Position numbers and translations under genes: made by a program. From contig JARQWU010000038.1 of the NCBI GenBank assembly GCA_040182905.1, positions 1-54,525 of the forward strand: a stretch of 54,525 nt of DNA, written 5' to 3'. The notes beneath the pieces are model-generated. The model did not search any database. It was not told where the DNA came from and worked only from the letters and a program-made list of their open reading frames with translations. The DNA comes from Barthelona sp. PAP020. Lineage: Eukaryota. Positions within the stretch are counted from its first letter, which is position 1; each line of letters opens with the position of its first letter. This document shows positions 10,497 through 21,879 of the stretch, piece by piece.

Positions 10497-10806
10497 AAAT
10501 CACATTAAATCTATAAAAAAAAAATTGCACTCTTCCAGTTTTTTAAAAAGGTAAAAATTTTATTTTTTCATCAAATATATTGCGTAATACCTCAATAGAA
10601 GAAAGTCAACAAAAATGTGAAATTCAAAAAAGTGTTTATTGTTGGAGTTTTTCCTAAATTGGTCTTTTCATATGTGATAATTCATAATTTGAATTATCTA
10701 AATAAAGAATTATTGAAAAAAAAAACTCCATCAAAAAGAAATGACAAAAAAAGATCCTGTTGATACTTTTTTCGATTGTGATCAATTTAAAACCATTTTA
10801 ATTTAG

Positions 10807-13461
10807 ATGGCATCAATACATTCATATGAAAAATTATATTCAACATTGGAGCCAATGCCGGATACAATTTTGTATAGAAAGAAAACTGGAAGACCTAGTT
10901 TACCTGAATTGATCGGCGCAACAATCATGTCTTCAACATCCATGCAAGAAATGCGTCCAACGAAAATGGTTGAAGATTTACCAGATCCTGGTACTGTTTC
11001 GGCACCGGTGAGAAAGTTTGGTACTTTTACGGTATTTGTACGCTGTTTATTGGGTATTTGGGGTGTTATTTTATTTTTGAGATTAAATTATTGTACTGGC
11101 ACAGCTGGAGCTCCGAATATTACTGGTATTGCTGTTTTTGCCTTCATTGTCACTTTTATCACGACGTTATCATTGGCAACATTGGCATCTAATGGTGAAG
11201 TAGAAGGTGGAGGGGCGTATTTCATGTTGTCAAGAAATTTAGGACCAGAATTGGGTGGTGCGATTGGAATTGTGTTTTATATTGCAAATGCTGTTGGTGT
11301 TGCCTTGCACACGTTTGGTTTTGCTGAAACTTTTGCTTCTTTAATACCAGGATTTACAGGTTCTGCTATTTGGGATCAGCGTGTAATTTGTATGGTCGCT
11401 ATCACATGCCAATTATTCATTGCTCTATTTGGTCTAGAGTATGTTGTTAAATTACAGAATGTTCTATTAGTCATTTTGATTTTAGCAATTGGATCATTTG
11501 TTACTGGTGTTTTTACAGTTAATACTCCCGGTGTTGGGCCCAGTATGGATAATCTTAGCAGTATTATGGCTGCTCGCTGGGGCGCAGAATCGTTGCAATC
11601 CATTTTCGGTATCTATTTTCCTGCTGCTTCAGGATTAATGGCAGGTAGTAACATTAGTGGTGAATTAAAAGATCCACAGAAGTCAATTGCTCTTGGAACA
11701 ATGTGGGCTGTAATTGCTGCAAATTTGACTTACTTTTTCCTAATTTGGTTTGGTGCTTGGACCATTAAATCTGATGTTTTAATTGGTAATAGTCTTATAA
11801 TGGCTGATGCTTCCATTTTTCCACCTCTAGTTTTAGGGGGAATTATTTCAGCTACTCTATCTTCTGCAATTGCCTCTTTAGATGGAGCCCCTAGAGTGTT
11901 ACAAGCATTGGCTAGTGATCGTATATTTTCCTTTTTGAATCCATTCGCAAAGCTGTCAAATGGAGAACCTGTTCGAGCTTACATTTTAACTTATTCTATT
12001 GCTATTTTCACCGTTATTATTGGTGATTTGAATATTTTAGCTCCAATCATCTCCAATTTCTTCCTTATTAGTTATGGTTTGATTAATTACGCTGCTTTTA
12101 CTGGATATATGTCCAAAAGTGTATCTTGGAGACCTTCTTGGAAATTATATAACCCTTACTTATCATTGTTTGGTGCTATCTTATGTATTGGAAGTATGTT
12201 CTATATGAACTTGACAATGTCCTTGTTTTCTTTGTTGTTGCTTTTGATCTTGTACATTATTGTACATTTTCAGAATCCTGATGTTAACTGGGGTACGGTT
12301 GTTGAAGCAAAAACGTATATTGATGCCATTTTGTCTTCATTAAAGCTTCAAGCTTTACCAAGTCACGTTAAAACATACAGACCACAGTATCTTGTTTTAT
12401 GTGGGAATCCTAGCGAAAGAAGTCATTTGATTGCTTTTGTACGAACACTGTGGAAAGGTATGGGTGCTACTATTGTTGCCAATGTTGTGGTAAAACCTGA
12501 TTTGAAACCATCTGAACATTTTGCTACAATTGCTGCCAGACAACAGTTGGAACGGGAAATTTTGACTCAGTACTTGATTGAAGAAGATATCAAAGCTTTT
12601 GGTGAGGCTGTTGTAGCAGATTCTTTACGTTCAGGTGTTCAATCATTACTTCAAAGCGCTGGCATTGGTGGAATGAGACCTAATGTTGTTGTTTTGGGTC
12701 TTAGACATTTTTCTGTTGAGGAACTAACGATAGACATTCCACTTGAATATCAAAATGAGGCTGAAATGGATGCTACTGATCGTTTTAATGGAAAGATGGA
12801 AAAACCTACAGAGAAACTTTCTGTGTTTGCTTTAGCTGCTGGTGCTTTTGAAAAAACAGAAAGACGAATTTCCAGACATGATGATTACTTCTATCTGATA
12901 AGAGATGTTCTCAGTGCAAATTATGCTGTTGTTGTTCCTCACTTAATATCAAATATTGATTATGATGCTACTGAAGGTACAATTGACATTTGGTGGTTAT
13001 CTGATGATGGGGGATTAACTCTTTTATTACCATATTTATTAATGCAGGACATACATTTTGAAAATTTCAAATTAAGGTTATTTACAATGGAATCGTCCGA
13101 TCCTAATGAAACCGCAGAACAATTGGCAATTCTCACAAGAATGCTTAGTGGGTTTAGAATTGAAGCCAAAGTATTGGTGGCTGAAGATCCTTTTGGACAA
13201 CCAACCAAACAAACTCTTGAGAAGTTTGAAGCTTTTGGAATTGAAGATTCTGTTCCTAGCACAACAAAACGTCTGTTAAGACTTCATGATTTAATTGAGA
13301 GTCATTCAAATGATGCCATGCTTAGATTCATCAGTCTTCCTTTGCCAAAAACCAATGTTCCTCCTGCGTTGTATTTATGTTGGTTACACATGCTTGTTGA
13401 AGACAGGCCTACTGTGTTTGTTAGAGGTAATAATGAAACTGTGTTGAGTTTTGAAACCTAG
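10807..13461 (+). CDS. SLC12 cation-chloride cotransporter
   Basis: KFGTFTVFVRCLLGIWGVILFLR, GGGAYFMLSRNLGPELGGAIG, AGSNISGELKDPQKSI, NWG, IDIWWLSDDGGLTLLLPYLL, VRGNNETVL. Confidence 0.95.
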   Translation: MASIHSYEKLYSTLEPMPDTILYRKKTGRPSLPELIGATIMSSTSMQEMRPTKMVEDLPDPGTVSAPVRKFGTFTVFVRCLLGIWGVILFLRLNYCTGTAGAPNITGIAVFAFIVTFITTLSLATLASNGEVEGGGAYFMLSRNLGPELGGAIGIVFYIANAVGVALHTFGFAETFASLIPGFTGSAIWDQRVICMVAITCQLFIALFGLEYVVKLQNVLLVILILAIGSFVTGVFTVNTPGVGPSMDNLSSIMAARWGAESLQSIFGIYFPAASGLMAGSNISGELKDPQKSIALGTMWAVIAANLTYFFLIWFGAWTIKSDVLIGNSLIMADASIFPPLVLGGIISATLSSAIASLDGAPRVLQALASDRIFSFLNPFAKLSNGEPVRAYILTYSIAIFTVIIGDLNILAPIISNFFLISYGLINYAAFTGYMSKSVSWRPSWKLYNPYLSLFGAILCIGSMFYMNLTMSLFSLLLLLILYIIVHFQNPDVNWGTVVEAKTYIDAILSSLKLQALPSHVKTYRPQYLVLCGNPSERSHLIAFVRTLWKGMGATIVANVVVKPDLKPSEHFATIAARQQLEREILTQYLIEEDIKAFGEAVVADSLRSGVQSLLQSAGIGGMRPNVVVLGLRHFSVEELTIDIPLEYQNEAEMDATDRFNGKMEKPTEKLSVFALAAGAFEKTERRISRHDDYFYLIRDVLSANYAVVVPHLISNIDYDATEGTIDIWWLSDDGGLTLLLPYLLMQDIHFENFKLRLFTMESSDPNETAEQLAILTRMLSGFRIEAKVLVAEDPFGQPTKQTLEKFEAFGIEDSVPSTTKRLLRLHDLIESHSNDAMLRFISLPLPKTNVPPALYLCWLHMLVEDRPTVFVRGNNETVLSFET

Positions 13462-13638
13462 TCTTGTTCCCTTATTGCTGGTGACTTTTTTTTAAAAGTG
13501 TGTTTTTTCAGAATATCGTAAAGAATTTCTTTTCTTTTTGTTTCAAAATTAATTTTTTTTTCAAAAATTGTTAAAAAAGTTAGCAAAAGCTCCTTTAAAA
13601 ATATTAAACTTTGCATTTATTTTTCTGATGATTCTTTG

Positions 13639-14049
13639 ATGTCCAAACCTTTTTGTCAAAGATGCTTTAAATCTGATCATTGGACTTATCAATGTAATAG
13701 CGAATTTAAATCTACAATTAAATCTACAATTTCTTCAAAATTGAAGGAGATATATGAACACATTCAAGATGGCGAACCATTACGATTGAATACCTTAAAT
13801 CAAATGGTATTTAGAGTTTTAAAACATGATGTTCCAATTAGAAATGAACCCAATTTTCAAAATGAACCTATTTTAAGCAGTAATTCTGATTATATTTCGG
13901 TTTATGATTATGAATATGATTATGATACTGAATCTGACCAAGAAAATGAAAACAAAGATGATTATTTTCACAATGTTCCTGAAAAAAGTGATATACCTAT
14001 GCTTCCTAATTTTGATAATAAGAATGATAATAACAATAATTCTATTTAA
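13639..14049 (+). CDS. Zinc-knuckle protein (ZCCHC10/SREK1IP1-like N-terminus)
   Basis: CQRCFKSDHWTYQC knuckle at the N-terminus, acidic tail. Confidence 0.7.
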   Translation: MSKPFCQRCFKSDHWTYQCNSEFKSTIKSTISSKLKEIYEHIQDGEPLRLNTLNQMVFRVLKHDVPIRNEPNFQNEPILSSNSDYISVYDYEYDYDTESDQENENKDDYFHNVPEKSDIPMLPNFDNKNDNNNNSI

Positions 14050-14132
14050 TACTCTTTCAATTGTTTTTTCTTTTATAAATATTTGTTTCAAACAATTTTT
14101 TATTTGTTCTTTCTTTTGAAACACGATTAATT

Positions 14133-14711
14133 ATGGATTTAGACAATGTACATCAACAAATTAAGAGATTAGAAGGAACTCTATCACAACAAAATGACGA
14201 AATTCGATTACCTAGAATGACAACCCCATCACCATCTGACAATATGGTTTTATTGCAAGATCAACAAGATAAAAGTATAAGTGCCTTTGAAGCAAAGGAA
14301 ATATTTGATATGTTAGATGTTGATCATAATAAAACAATAGATGTAAGTGAATTAAAGACATTATTTACAAGAATAGGAATCGATTTTTCAGATGAAGAAG
14401 TTGAGAATATCATTGCTGAAGTTGTTTTTGGTCAAGAAAAAGAAATAAGTTTTGGACAATTTTTAAAAATTGTTCGGAAACGTCCTGCCATTCAATATAG
14501 TGCCAATCAACTGGAAAATGCGTTTGCACAACTTGCACAAGATCCAAAAGAAATAAAAAATATGATACCAGTGGATGTATTGAGAACCAATCTTAGAATT
14601 TATGCAAAAATATCTGATGAAGAGCTGGACGAAATTTTTCGTTTTCTTCAATCTAACATTCATGATGGCAAATTAGATTTTAAGACATTGCTGTCAACAT
14701 ACGCCACATAG
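14133..14711 (+). CDS. Calmodulin/centrin-like EF-hand protein
   Basis: EAKEIFDMLDVDHNKTIDVSELK canonical EF loop followed by three degenerate EF hands. Confidence 0.8.
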   Translation: MDLDNVHQQIKRLEGTLSQQNDEIRLPRMTTPSPSDNMVLLQDQQDKSISAFEAKEIFDMLDVDHNKTIDVSELKTLFTRIGIDFSDEEVENIIAEVVFGQEKEISFGQFLKIVRKRPAIQYSANQLENAFAQLAQDPKEIKNMIPVDVLRTNLRIYAKISDEELDEIFRFLQSNIHDGKLDFKTLLSTYAT

Positions 14712-15472
14712 TATATTATTCATTGTAAATTAAGGAAAAGTATTTATTTTTGGTAATTTTAGTCCTTTATAATATATATATTCAAACATTTTTGCAACCA
14801 TTGACATCATTGAAATTCAAAAAATTGATTTTTAAAAGTCTTCTAAAAAAATATTAGAATGAAATAATTAAGATGTGCCAAAGTGCTTTTGATCAAATTG
14901 TAAAAAATATTTATGCTTCCTCCTTCTTTAGAGAATAATCACTTCAACTTCTTTTTTTAAAAAAGGGCCTTCAATCTGAAGATGACATAAAATTTAATTT
15001 AAATCGTTCAAATGCAAAAATAAATAGTCAAGCTTTACTTTTATGTTGGGTGGTTTAATATTTTAAGCTCATTATTTGTTGAACAGTCTTTCTCTTTTTT
15101 GCAATATTGGTTTTGCACTTTAAAAGAGAATTTTTATCACTTCATTTTGGAAAATCTTAAAAAATTGAATAAAAAATTCTTTTGACAAAAAAAAATTGAT
15201 CCATTTTTGTGGTTATGCATTGTGTTGGGAAATAGCTTTGAAAAAATAATTGTTTTCATTCTTTTTGCTTCAATTTTATTGAAAAACTTGGTAAAAATAC
15301 AAGAGAAATTGTGGAAACTTGAAAAAAAAATTAAAAATATGAAAAATATAGGTTGAAAACATAACACAGATCACTTTTGAAAAATGAAGCAAGGATCATT
15401 TTTGGCATTTTCTCAAGGTTTTTATTTTGTTATTTTTATTATTTTTATTACATTATTCAATATTTTTATTGA

Positions 15473-16857
15473 ATGGATGCAGAAAAAAGTATGATATTTG
15501 GAAAAAAAAACTAACAATTTTTTATTTAGAACAAATTGAACAAATATTTTGTGTATGTGACAGTGAAAAGAATTTAATTAATTCTATTATACCTAAAAGA
15601 TACTTAGATCAGATTCAAATATATCTAAATAACCAGAATCTTGAAATTCCAAAAAAAGATATTGATGGTGAAGAGTTTAAGTTAACTGTCGAATTATTAC
15701 CATTATCTAAAGAAGTTGGATTGTTTTTATTGAATACTTTATTTGTTGTTGCAAAAAATTTACCCCTATCGAAACGTGATCAAGATTTTCCTCAATTATG
15801 TGAGATTAATTCATCTCAACAGATTAACGCTCTTAGTTTAGACTCAATTAGACAACGATGCTCAATACAAATCCAATTTAAACCAAAGAAAAAAATCTCC
15901 GCGATTATTAATTGGCTGAATAAAAAATGGAAGTTTGATGAAATAATAAAGATGGTATCTCAAATGGATTGTAAACCTTTGAGTGAAATTTTAAATGTTG
16001 CGTTGTGCTTTCAAATGGGTGGTATGTCGTGGGACAAAGAAGATAATATCCGTTTTGGTGACATTTGGAAGTTGGCTAATTGTAAATCAACCATAAGAAT
16101 GTATTATTTTTGGGATTGTGATTTTGTAGATCAAGGAAGAGCATTTGAATTTTCAATTGATGGTAAAGCAAAAAACAAACCAAAGGAAAAGGTTAAACCA
16201 AAACCTGTTGTCAAATCTGGACTGTTGAACAGTAATTCCAGCAAAAGAATAAAATCAAAGAAAAGCCTATCATCGTTGAAGCAAAATTTGGAAAAATCTC
16301 AAAATAAAGATGCAAAATCTCCCAAGTCAGAAGAGGTTGAAAACATGAGGGAACATTCAGATGAGCAGATTCAATCTGTTCATGCGCAACAATTCTGCAG
16401 TGATGGGAATCTTCCTTTTAGCTCTATGATACTCCCAGACCAATCAATCATGGCATTTCCTTCATCTCCTCCTACACCTATTGATACTCCTTTAAAGAAA
16501 GAACCGAGTATTGTACAAGAACAATTTTTTTCACCTGACACACCTGCTATTGATTCTTTAACAAGAGAAGTTGAAGAAAACCCTCAGGAATCATTCAATT
16601 CATCGCATGTTGATTTTGGTGCCAACTCAAACACTGCTAGTCTTGCTTTATTTAGCTCAACAAATTCAATGGATCAGTTTGTAATTGATGAATGGTGTAT
16701 TACAGATTCTTTAATGAGTCCACGTAATTCTCCCAATTCTCCAGAACCCTATAATGAGACAATTGATCCATTCAACAGTATGATGGGTTCTGAATCTGAT
16801 AAATTTGTCATAGGTGGATCAGAGGAACATTCTTTTATTTCGGTTCAATTTTTGTAA
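15473..16857 (+). CDS. TKI1/Cramped-like nuclear protein, 2 exons: 15473-15488 and 15530-16857
   Basis: KLTVELLP and KPKKKISAIINWLNKKW resemble plant TSL-kinase interacting protein 1/Cramped motifs; true start MDAEKK recovered by splicing. Confidence 0.5.
15489..15529 (+). other. Spliceosomal intron, 41 nt
   Basis: GTATGA...ACTAAC...TTTAG; removal joins ATG 15473 in frame to the long ORF. Confidence 0.85.
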
Positions 16858-17186
16858 ATACAAATTTTCTTTTTTGTAACATGCAGGCAATTTTAACGGT
16901 AAAATTCATCCAATAAGTTCAACTGAAATAAATCTCAGACCTCTTATATAACATCTGTTTTATATAATAAGTAGTTAGCAGAATTACATTGTATAGCACA
17001 AAAGTGTGGAGACCTGAAACTGGCGACTTTGATAAATATTTGAATTTTCAAAACAAAAAATTTTTACACTGAAAAATAAAAGAACAGTTTAACTTAATAA
17101 AAAGGATGGATCTGATTTGTCGATAGTTTGAAAAAAAATTCTCCATTTATTTTTTTTGAACATTCCAGTACCAAACTTTATATGTA

Positions 17187-17561
17187 ATGCCAAAACGAAA
17201 AAGTATACCAGGTATTCAACTCCAAAGACCTCAAAGGAGAAGAAGAAATGCCGCTGTCGAAGAAATTCGAACTTTACAAAATATGAATTCACTTATGATC
17301 CGAAAATTACCATTTATCAGGGTAGTTAAGGAAATAGCTGCAGAAGCAACAAGAAGAAGACACATAAGTGATGTTAGGTTTCAACCTATGGCTATAAATG
17401 CCTTACAAAGTGCAACAGAAATGGTTCTTACAGATATATTTGAAGATGCTTACACTTTAACGATACATGCAAAAAGAGTTACTTTGTTTCACAAAGATTT
17501 AGTTATTGCATTGAGATTGAGGGGATTGAATCACTTAAGAAGTTCAAATTTTGAATATTAG
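17187..17561 (+). CDS. CENH3: Histone H3 variant, probable centromeric CenH3/CENP-A
   Basis: Histone fold with non-H3 tail, Q68 replaced (PFIRVV), extended loop 1, CENP-A-like FEDAYTLTIHAKRVTLFHKD. Confidence 0.75.
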   Translation: MPKRKSIPGIQLQRPQRRRRNAAVEEIRTLQNMNSLMIRKLPFIRVVKEIAAEATRRRHISDVRFQPMAINALQSATEMVLTDIFEDAYTLTIHAKRVTLFHKDLVIALRLRGLNHLRSSNFEY

Positions 17562-17762
17562 TTTTATTAAGGACTTAAAATCCTCTTTTTTGATTTATAA
17601 ATATTTCAAAATTGTCATTTTATTTGAATAACATTTGATGTCTTAAATGACAAAAAATTATTGTGTTCAAAGTCAAACGAAGACCTATAACTTAACTGTT
17701 GAATAAAATATTAAGAATATTCTGCCCTTCTAAAAGATTTCGCATGAATTTTTCCAAAAAAT

Positions 17763-18404
17763 ATGAATACTTTGGATTACTATGAACTAAATGCATCTTT
17801 ACTTTGTGAGAGGTATGAGCATGCTGAATTGGATGAAATTCATTTCGATTTGTTGACCACTTTTCAGAATTGTGAAAATATTTTGGAGATAGGAGTAGGA
17901 TCTGGAAGAACATTGGCGTTTTTATTGAGAAATAATTTAAATGTAAAAGGTATTGATGGTTCAAACGAAATGCTGAAACAAGCTTTAAAATTACATTCTG
18001 AATTGAAAAATCGACTTAATCATTGTATTTTACCAAATGGATTGCAAGTGTTAGATTTCAATCAAAACAATAAACCAAAATATGATGGTATTTACTCACT
18101 TGCTACTATAATGCATCTTTCAATAGAAGAGATTCACTTAACTTTAGAACACATTCATAACCTTCTGAAAAATAGTGGTATTTTATTCATATCTGTGTGT
18201 TTGACCAGACCGGATTTGGCTGTTACTAATTTTGATCATAACACTGATTTTAGACATTTTACATTATTAAGTGAGCAACAATGGATTAATATTGTGAACA
18301 AACATGGTTTTGTGGTAAGATTTGTCAAGGTAAACAATGGTATGGATGGACTCAAGAGAGAAGGCATTGTTTGGGCAAGCTTTGTGTTTGAAAAGATCAT
18401 GTAG
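17763..18404 (+). CDS. Class I SAM-dependent methyltransferase, bacterial-like
   Basis: TLDYYELNA, ILEIGVGSGR, GIDGSNEML, YDGIYSLATIMHL, LKNSGILFIS. Confidence 0.85.
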   Translation: MNTLDYYELNASLLCERYEHAELDEIHFDLLTTFQNCENILEIGVGSGRTLAFLLRNNLNVKGIDGSNEMLKQALKLHSELKNRLNHCILPNGLQVLDFNQNNKPKYDGIYSLATIMHLSIEEIHLTLEHIHNLLKNSGILFISVCLTRPDLAVTNFDHNTDFRHFTLLSEQQWINIVNKHGFVVRFVKVNNGMDGLKREGIVWASFVFEKIM

Positions 18405-18948
18405 GTGTTATTGACTTATGTTTCTGTTATTTCAACATCCATTCAAAACCCATCTTATATTAGGCCTTATTCACACGTTCAGTTAGTTTTGAAGTTCTTC
18501 AATAACTTTTGACAGTCTGTCAAAAATTTTAAATTTTGAAATATCGGTAAATGTTGTAGAATTTGTTCTTTGCCGTGAGCAGTCTGTTGACGTTGTTTTG
18601 GGAAAATTCATTGAAACTCCTTCATTTTTTTGAAGTGTAGTTTCAGTTTGGAATTGTTCTGTTACTTTGAGTTATATAAAGAATGGAACCAGAAAAGTAT
18701 CAAGATGATCTTCTAACTTTTTTTTGGCCCAAAATTGTTCCAAAAGTGTATCAAAATTACTCCAATAAAATGAGAAGCAGGCAAAAAAAAGGGAAAATTT
18801 ACAACAGTTTCAGCAGATTTGAGAATAATCAAAAGACAAATGCAAACAAATATGTTTTGGTGACAATATTTGTGTTTTTAATATTTTAAAATGCACTTCT
18901 AAAAAAAAAAAGTGCAAGCCCAAAAAAATGGCCTTGTTCAAAGTCGAT

Positions 18949-19785
18949 TCAATTGCTCAAAGCCATAGCTGTTAACTCTTTTGAATTTCTTTCAATAAAA
19001 GAAATCTGCTGAATTTCAGGATCAACAAAACCACGACTACATAGTTTTTCAATTATTTCTTCATCCAAAACAATTTCTTCAGTTTCAGATTCAGTTTCAG
19101 TTTCAGATTCTGCATCAGATTCTGTTTCACTTGACATTAAACAATTATTTGAAACATGTAAATAGCTATTCAACAAATCAGAAACTTCATATACGGAACC
19201 ATAATTATTCCAATCTAACTTCATTACTTTAATTCCCATAAGACTCATATCATCAAGCCAATCTTGATAAATAATATCTAAATGTTCCAAATACTCAACA
19301 GGAATACCATTTTCACAATCTCTTTTTCTAACGTTGTGCACTCTGTTCCAGCAAATTTGAGGTTTGACATCTAAATATATTAAGATGTCTGGAATGGGTA
19401 ATATATCTAACATTTGTTTTCTAACTTCCATATAATAATGAAATTGTTCGTCATTCATCAAACCAGATTCATGACCTTGCTTTGCAAACACAAAATCGGA
19501 AAATATTGATCTGTCTAATAACACACTCTTTCCTTTTGTAGTAAACTTGATTGCTTCAATGAAATATTGAAATCTGGTAGTCAATAACCACATTTGCATA
19601 GGAAAACAGTACTTGTGAGGATTTGAATAGAAATGAGCCAAATAAGGATTACTATCAACAGGTTCGAACATACTGATATAATTAGTATAATGTTCAGACA
19701 GATATCTAGTTAAAGTTGATTTTCCTGCAGATATATTTCCATCAATTAAGATAATTTTGCCATGAGTATTTGAATTACCAACCAT
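18949..19785 (-). CDS. Deoxynucleoside kinase (dNK family)
   Basis: P-loop DGNISAGKST, EPV..NPYLAHFY, DRSIFSD..FA, lid RKRDCE, acidic tail. Confidence 0.9.
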   Translation of the reverse strand: MVGNSNTHGKIILIDGNISAGKSTLTRYLSEHYTNYISMFEPVDSNPYLAHFYSNPHKYCFPMQMWLLTTRFQYFIEAIKFTTKGKSVLLDRSIFSDFVFAKQGHESGLMNDEQFHYYMEVRKQMLDILPIPDILIYLDVKPQICWNRVHNVRKRDCENGIPVEYLEHLDIIYQDWLDDMSLMGIKVMKLDWNNYGSVYEVSDLLNSYLHVSNNCLMSSETESDAESETETESETEEIVLDEEIIEKLCSRGFVDPEIQQISFIERNSKELTAMALSN

Positions 19786-19890
19786 TTTGATTGTTGAATA
19801 CTTGAATTCTTAAAAAAAAATGGTATCAAAGTTGAAAATGAAAAGTTACTTTTTTTTGAAGCCATTTTTTTTTGATGAAAATAACAGTCT

Positions 19891-21879
19891 ATGTTGATAC
19901 TAAATGAAGACATAACATATGTTTTTAATAATATTTTATTAAATTCAAGTGTATCAACAAATGTTAATTGTACCAATGTATTATTATTAGTTTCTCCTGG
20001 TATTGATTCTTTATGCACTTGTAAGATATTGTGTGAGTTTTTAGAGTCAAAAGCATTAACATATCAAGCAGTACCTGTTGAAAATTATAATGATTTATTG
20101 GAATTCTCTCCATTAAATTCGATATATTCCAATATTTTTTTTATTAATTGTGGTGGCAGTATTAAAATACGAAAATTTTTTCAACCACCAAATAATATTC
20201 ACATATTTATTATTGATTCAAATAGACCTATTCATTTATGCAATATATATGATCCACAAATATATGTGTTTGATGACGGATCGATAGTTGAAGGAATTAA
20301 TAGATTAAATGAAGCAAATTTAGAAGATACAGAAGATTTAGAGATAATAGAATTGTCCGATGATGAAGATGAGATAGATTCAGAGTTAAAGACAGATGAA
20401 TTGTTTTTATCTTTGAAAGACAAGCTTCCTAGATTATGTAATGCGCCTTCCTGGATTTTCTATCCGAATCATCATTCGATGGGTCTTGATGTTGATAGTT
20501 ACGATGTTTACTATGAGCAAGGTGAATGGAAAAGTAGTAGTTCAAGTGTAATAAGTTTAGAAGTACCGTTAAAGTATGGAACTGTCTCTGTGTTACAATT
20601 GTGGTGGTGTATCATATCTTTGACAGATAAATTGTTAAGCAATCAGATATCCATGAAAGAATATTCAAACACTTGTGATCTATTAAGGACAAGTTTACGT
20701 GATGTTAAAGATCCCCTGTTGAAGATTGATCATATTGTTGATCAGCAATTGTTTCTCTTACGAGAGTCTTCTATCTGGAGATCTATTGAATTATCGCCAT
20801 ATTGTTTTGCTAGTTTGTTACTATATCGACAAAATGCTGAAAGTGTGATTAAAAAATTACTTCTTGAATTGGGAATACAGATAAAACATTCCCAGCAACA
20901 ATTCATTATAATTCCTCCTAAAGTACGGACAAGGTTTAAAGAAAAAGTACAAGATGAACGTATCCTTGGACAATTCAATTCAAACCAATTAAATTATCGA
21001 TCTTTTGAATTAATAAAAGGAGATACAGAAAATATATCTGCTAGTGATCATGTAGAAATGTTGTTTTGTAATAATTATGCTCATAAAGATATGTTCAGCG
21101 TCAATCTAGAATATTTGAGTGATTCTACTAATCTGTTCAAACATTTAAACAAAGCAATATCTTTACAAGAAACTTTGATCAGTGTAGTTAAAGCAATGGT
21201 TACACAGAGTCGAGTAATTCGATTTCCAGAATTTTATTTTGCTAAATTAACACAGCATGATGAAATTGAAATGTTAGGAAACCCATCTATTGGATTAAAA
21301 TTGAGCCAAATCTTACAAAGAGTATTATGTTCAACAAACGTTCCTAGACCCATTGTTTTTGCTGTTAACATCAATGACAAGATGTGTAGGATTTTTGGTT
21401 TAAGTGCTGCTGTTGATTTAGGTATGATAATGCCCAATAAATTTGGTTTATATTTTCGACAAGTAGCAGAAACCATACCAAATATTGAATTTGAACAGAT
21501 AGCTTTCAATGGTTATATTATTGACATAGATATTGGACATTTGGGGTATTTTATTGATCTATTAGCTATATTATTGCGTGATATAATCAAAGGAGAGAAT
21601 AGTTTTGAAATGATGACTAGCAAACCAAAGAATTCCACTAAAAACAAGGGAAAATCCCGATTTTCAAAAAATAATCAACAATTTGACTTTTTCAGAAACG
21701 AAGATGATGCTGAAGCCTTACAAAACAATCATGAACATGATGCTCCTAACAATTCTGATGAATTAAATAGTCCTATACGTAATCCTATTGAGTCTTATGA
21801 TCATTATGATGAGACTGTTAGTGAAGAAGAAAGTGATGTTTCTTCGGAAGATGATGATGTTGATTTTGAAGATCTATAA
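19891..21879 (+). CDS. CDC45: Replication initiation factor Cdc45
   Basis: DSLCTCKIL, INCGG, IIDSNRPIHLCNIY, VFDDG, acidic insert, NKFGLYFRQVA. Confidence 0.85.
   Translation: MLILNEDITYVFNNILLNSSVSTNVNCTNVLLLVSPGIDSLCTCKILCEFLESKALTYQAVPVENYNDLLEFSPLNSIYSNIFFINCGGSIKIRKFFQPPNNIHIFIIDSNRPIHLCNIYDPQIYVFDDGSIVEGINRLNEANLEDTEDLEIIELSDDEDEIDSELKTDELFLSLKDKLPRLCNAPSWIFYPNHHSMGLDVDSYDVYYEQGEWKSSSSSVISLEVPLKYGTVSVLQLWWCIISLTDKLLSNQISMKEYSNTCDLLRTSLRDVKDPLLKIDHIVDQQLFLLRESSIWRSIELSPYCFASLLLYRQNAESVIKKLLLELGIQIKHSQQQFIIIPPKVRTRFKEKVQDERILGQFNSNQLNYRSFELIKGDTENISASDHVEMLFCNNYAHKDMFSVNLEYLSDSTNLFKHLNKAISLQETLISVVKAMVTQSRVIRFPEFYFAKLTQHDEIEMLGNPSIGLKLSQILQRVLCSTNVPRPIVFAVNINDKMCRIFGLSAAVDLGMIMPNKFGLYFRQVAETIPNIEFEQIAFNGYIIDIDIGHLGYFIDLLAILLRDIIKGENSFEMMTSKPKNSTKNKGKSRFSKNNQQFDFFRNEDDAEALQNNHEHDAPNNSDELNSPIRNPIESYDHYDETVSEEESDVSSEDDDVDFEDL

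Noticed and set aside
17569..17584. Possible histone 3' stem-loop after the H3 variant (AGGACTTAAAATCCT)
   Set aside because: Only 4 bp pair and it does not match the 6-bp stem/4-nt loop consensus
18632..18650. AAGTGTAGTTTCAGTT resembling the U2 snRNA branch-pairing region
   Set aside because: GTAGTA is not intact, and stem I (GCCTTTTGGC) and other U2 features are absent
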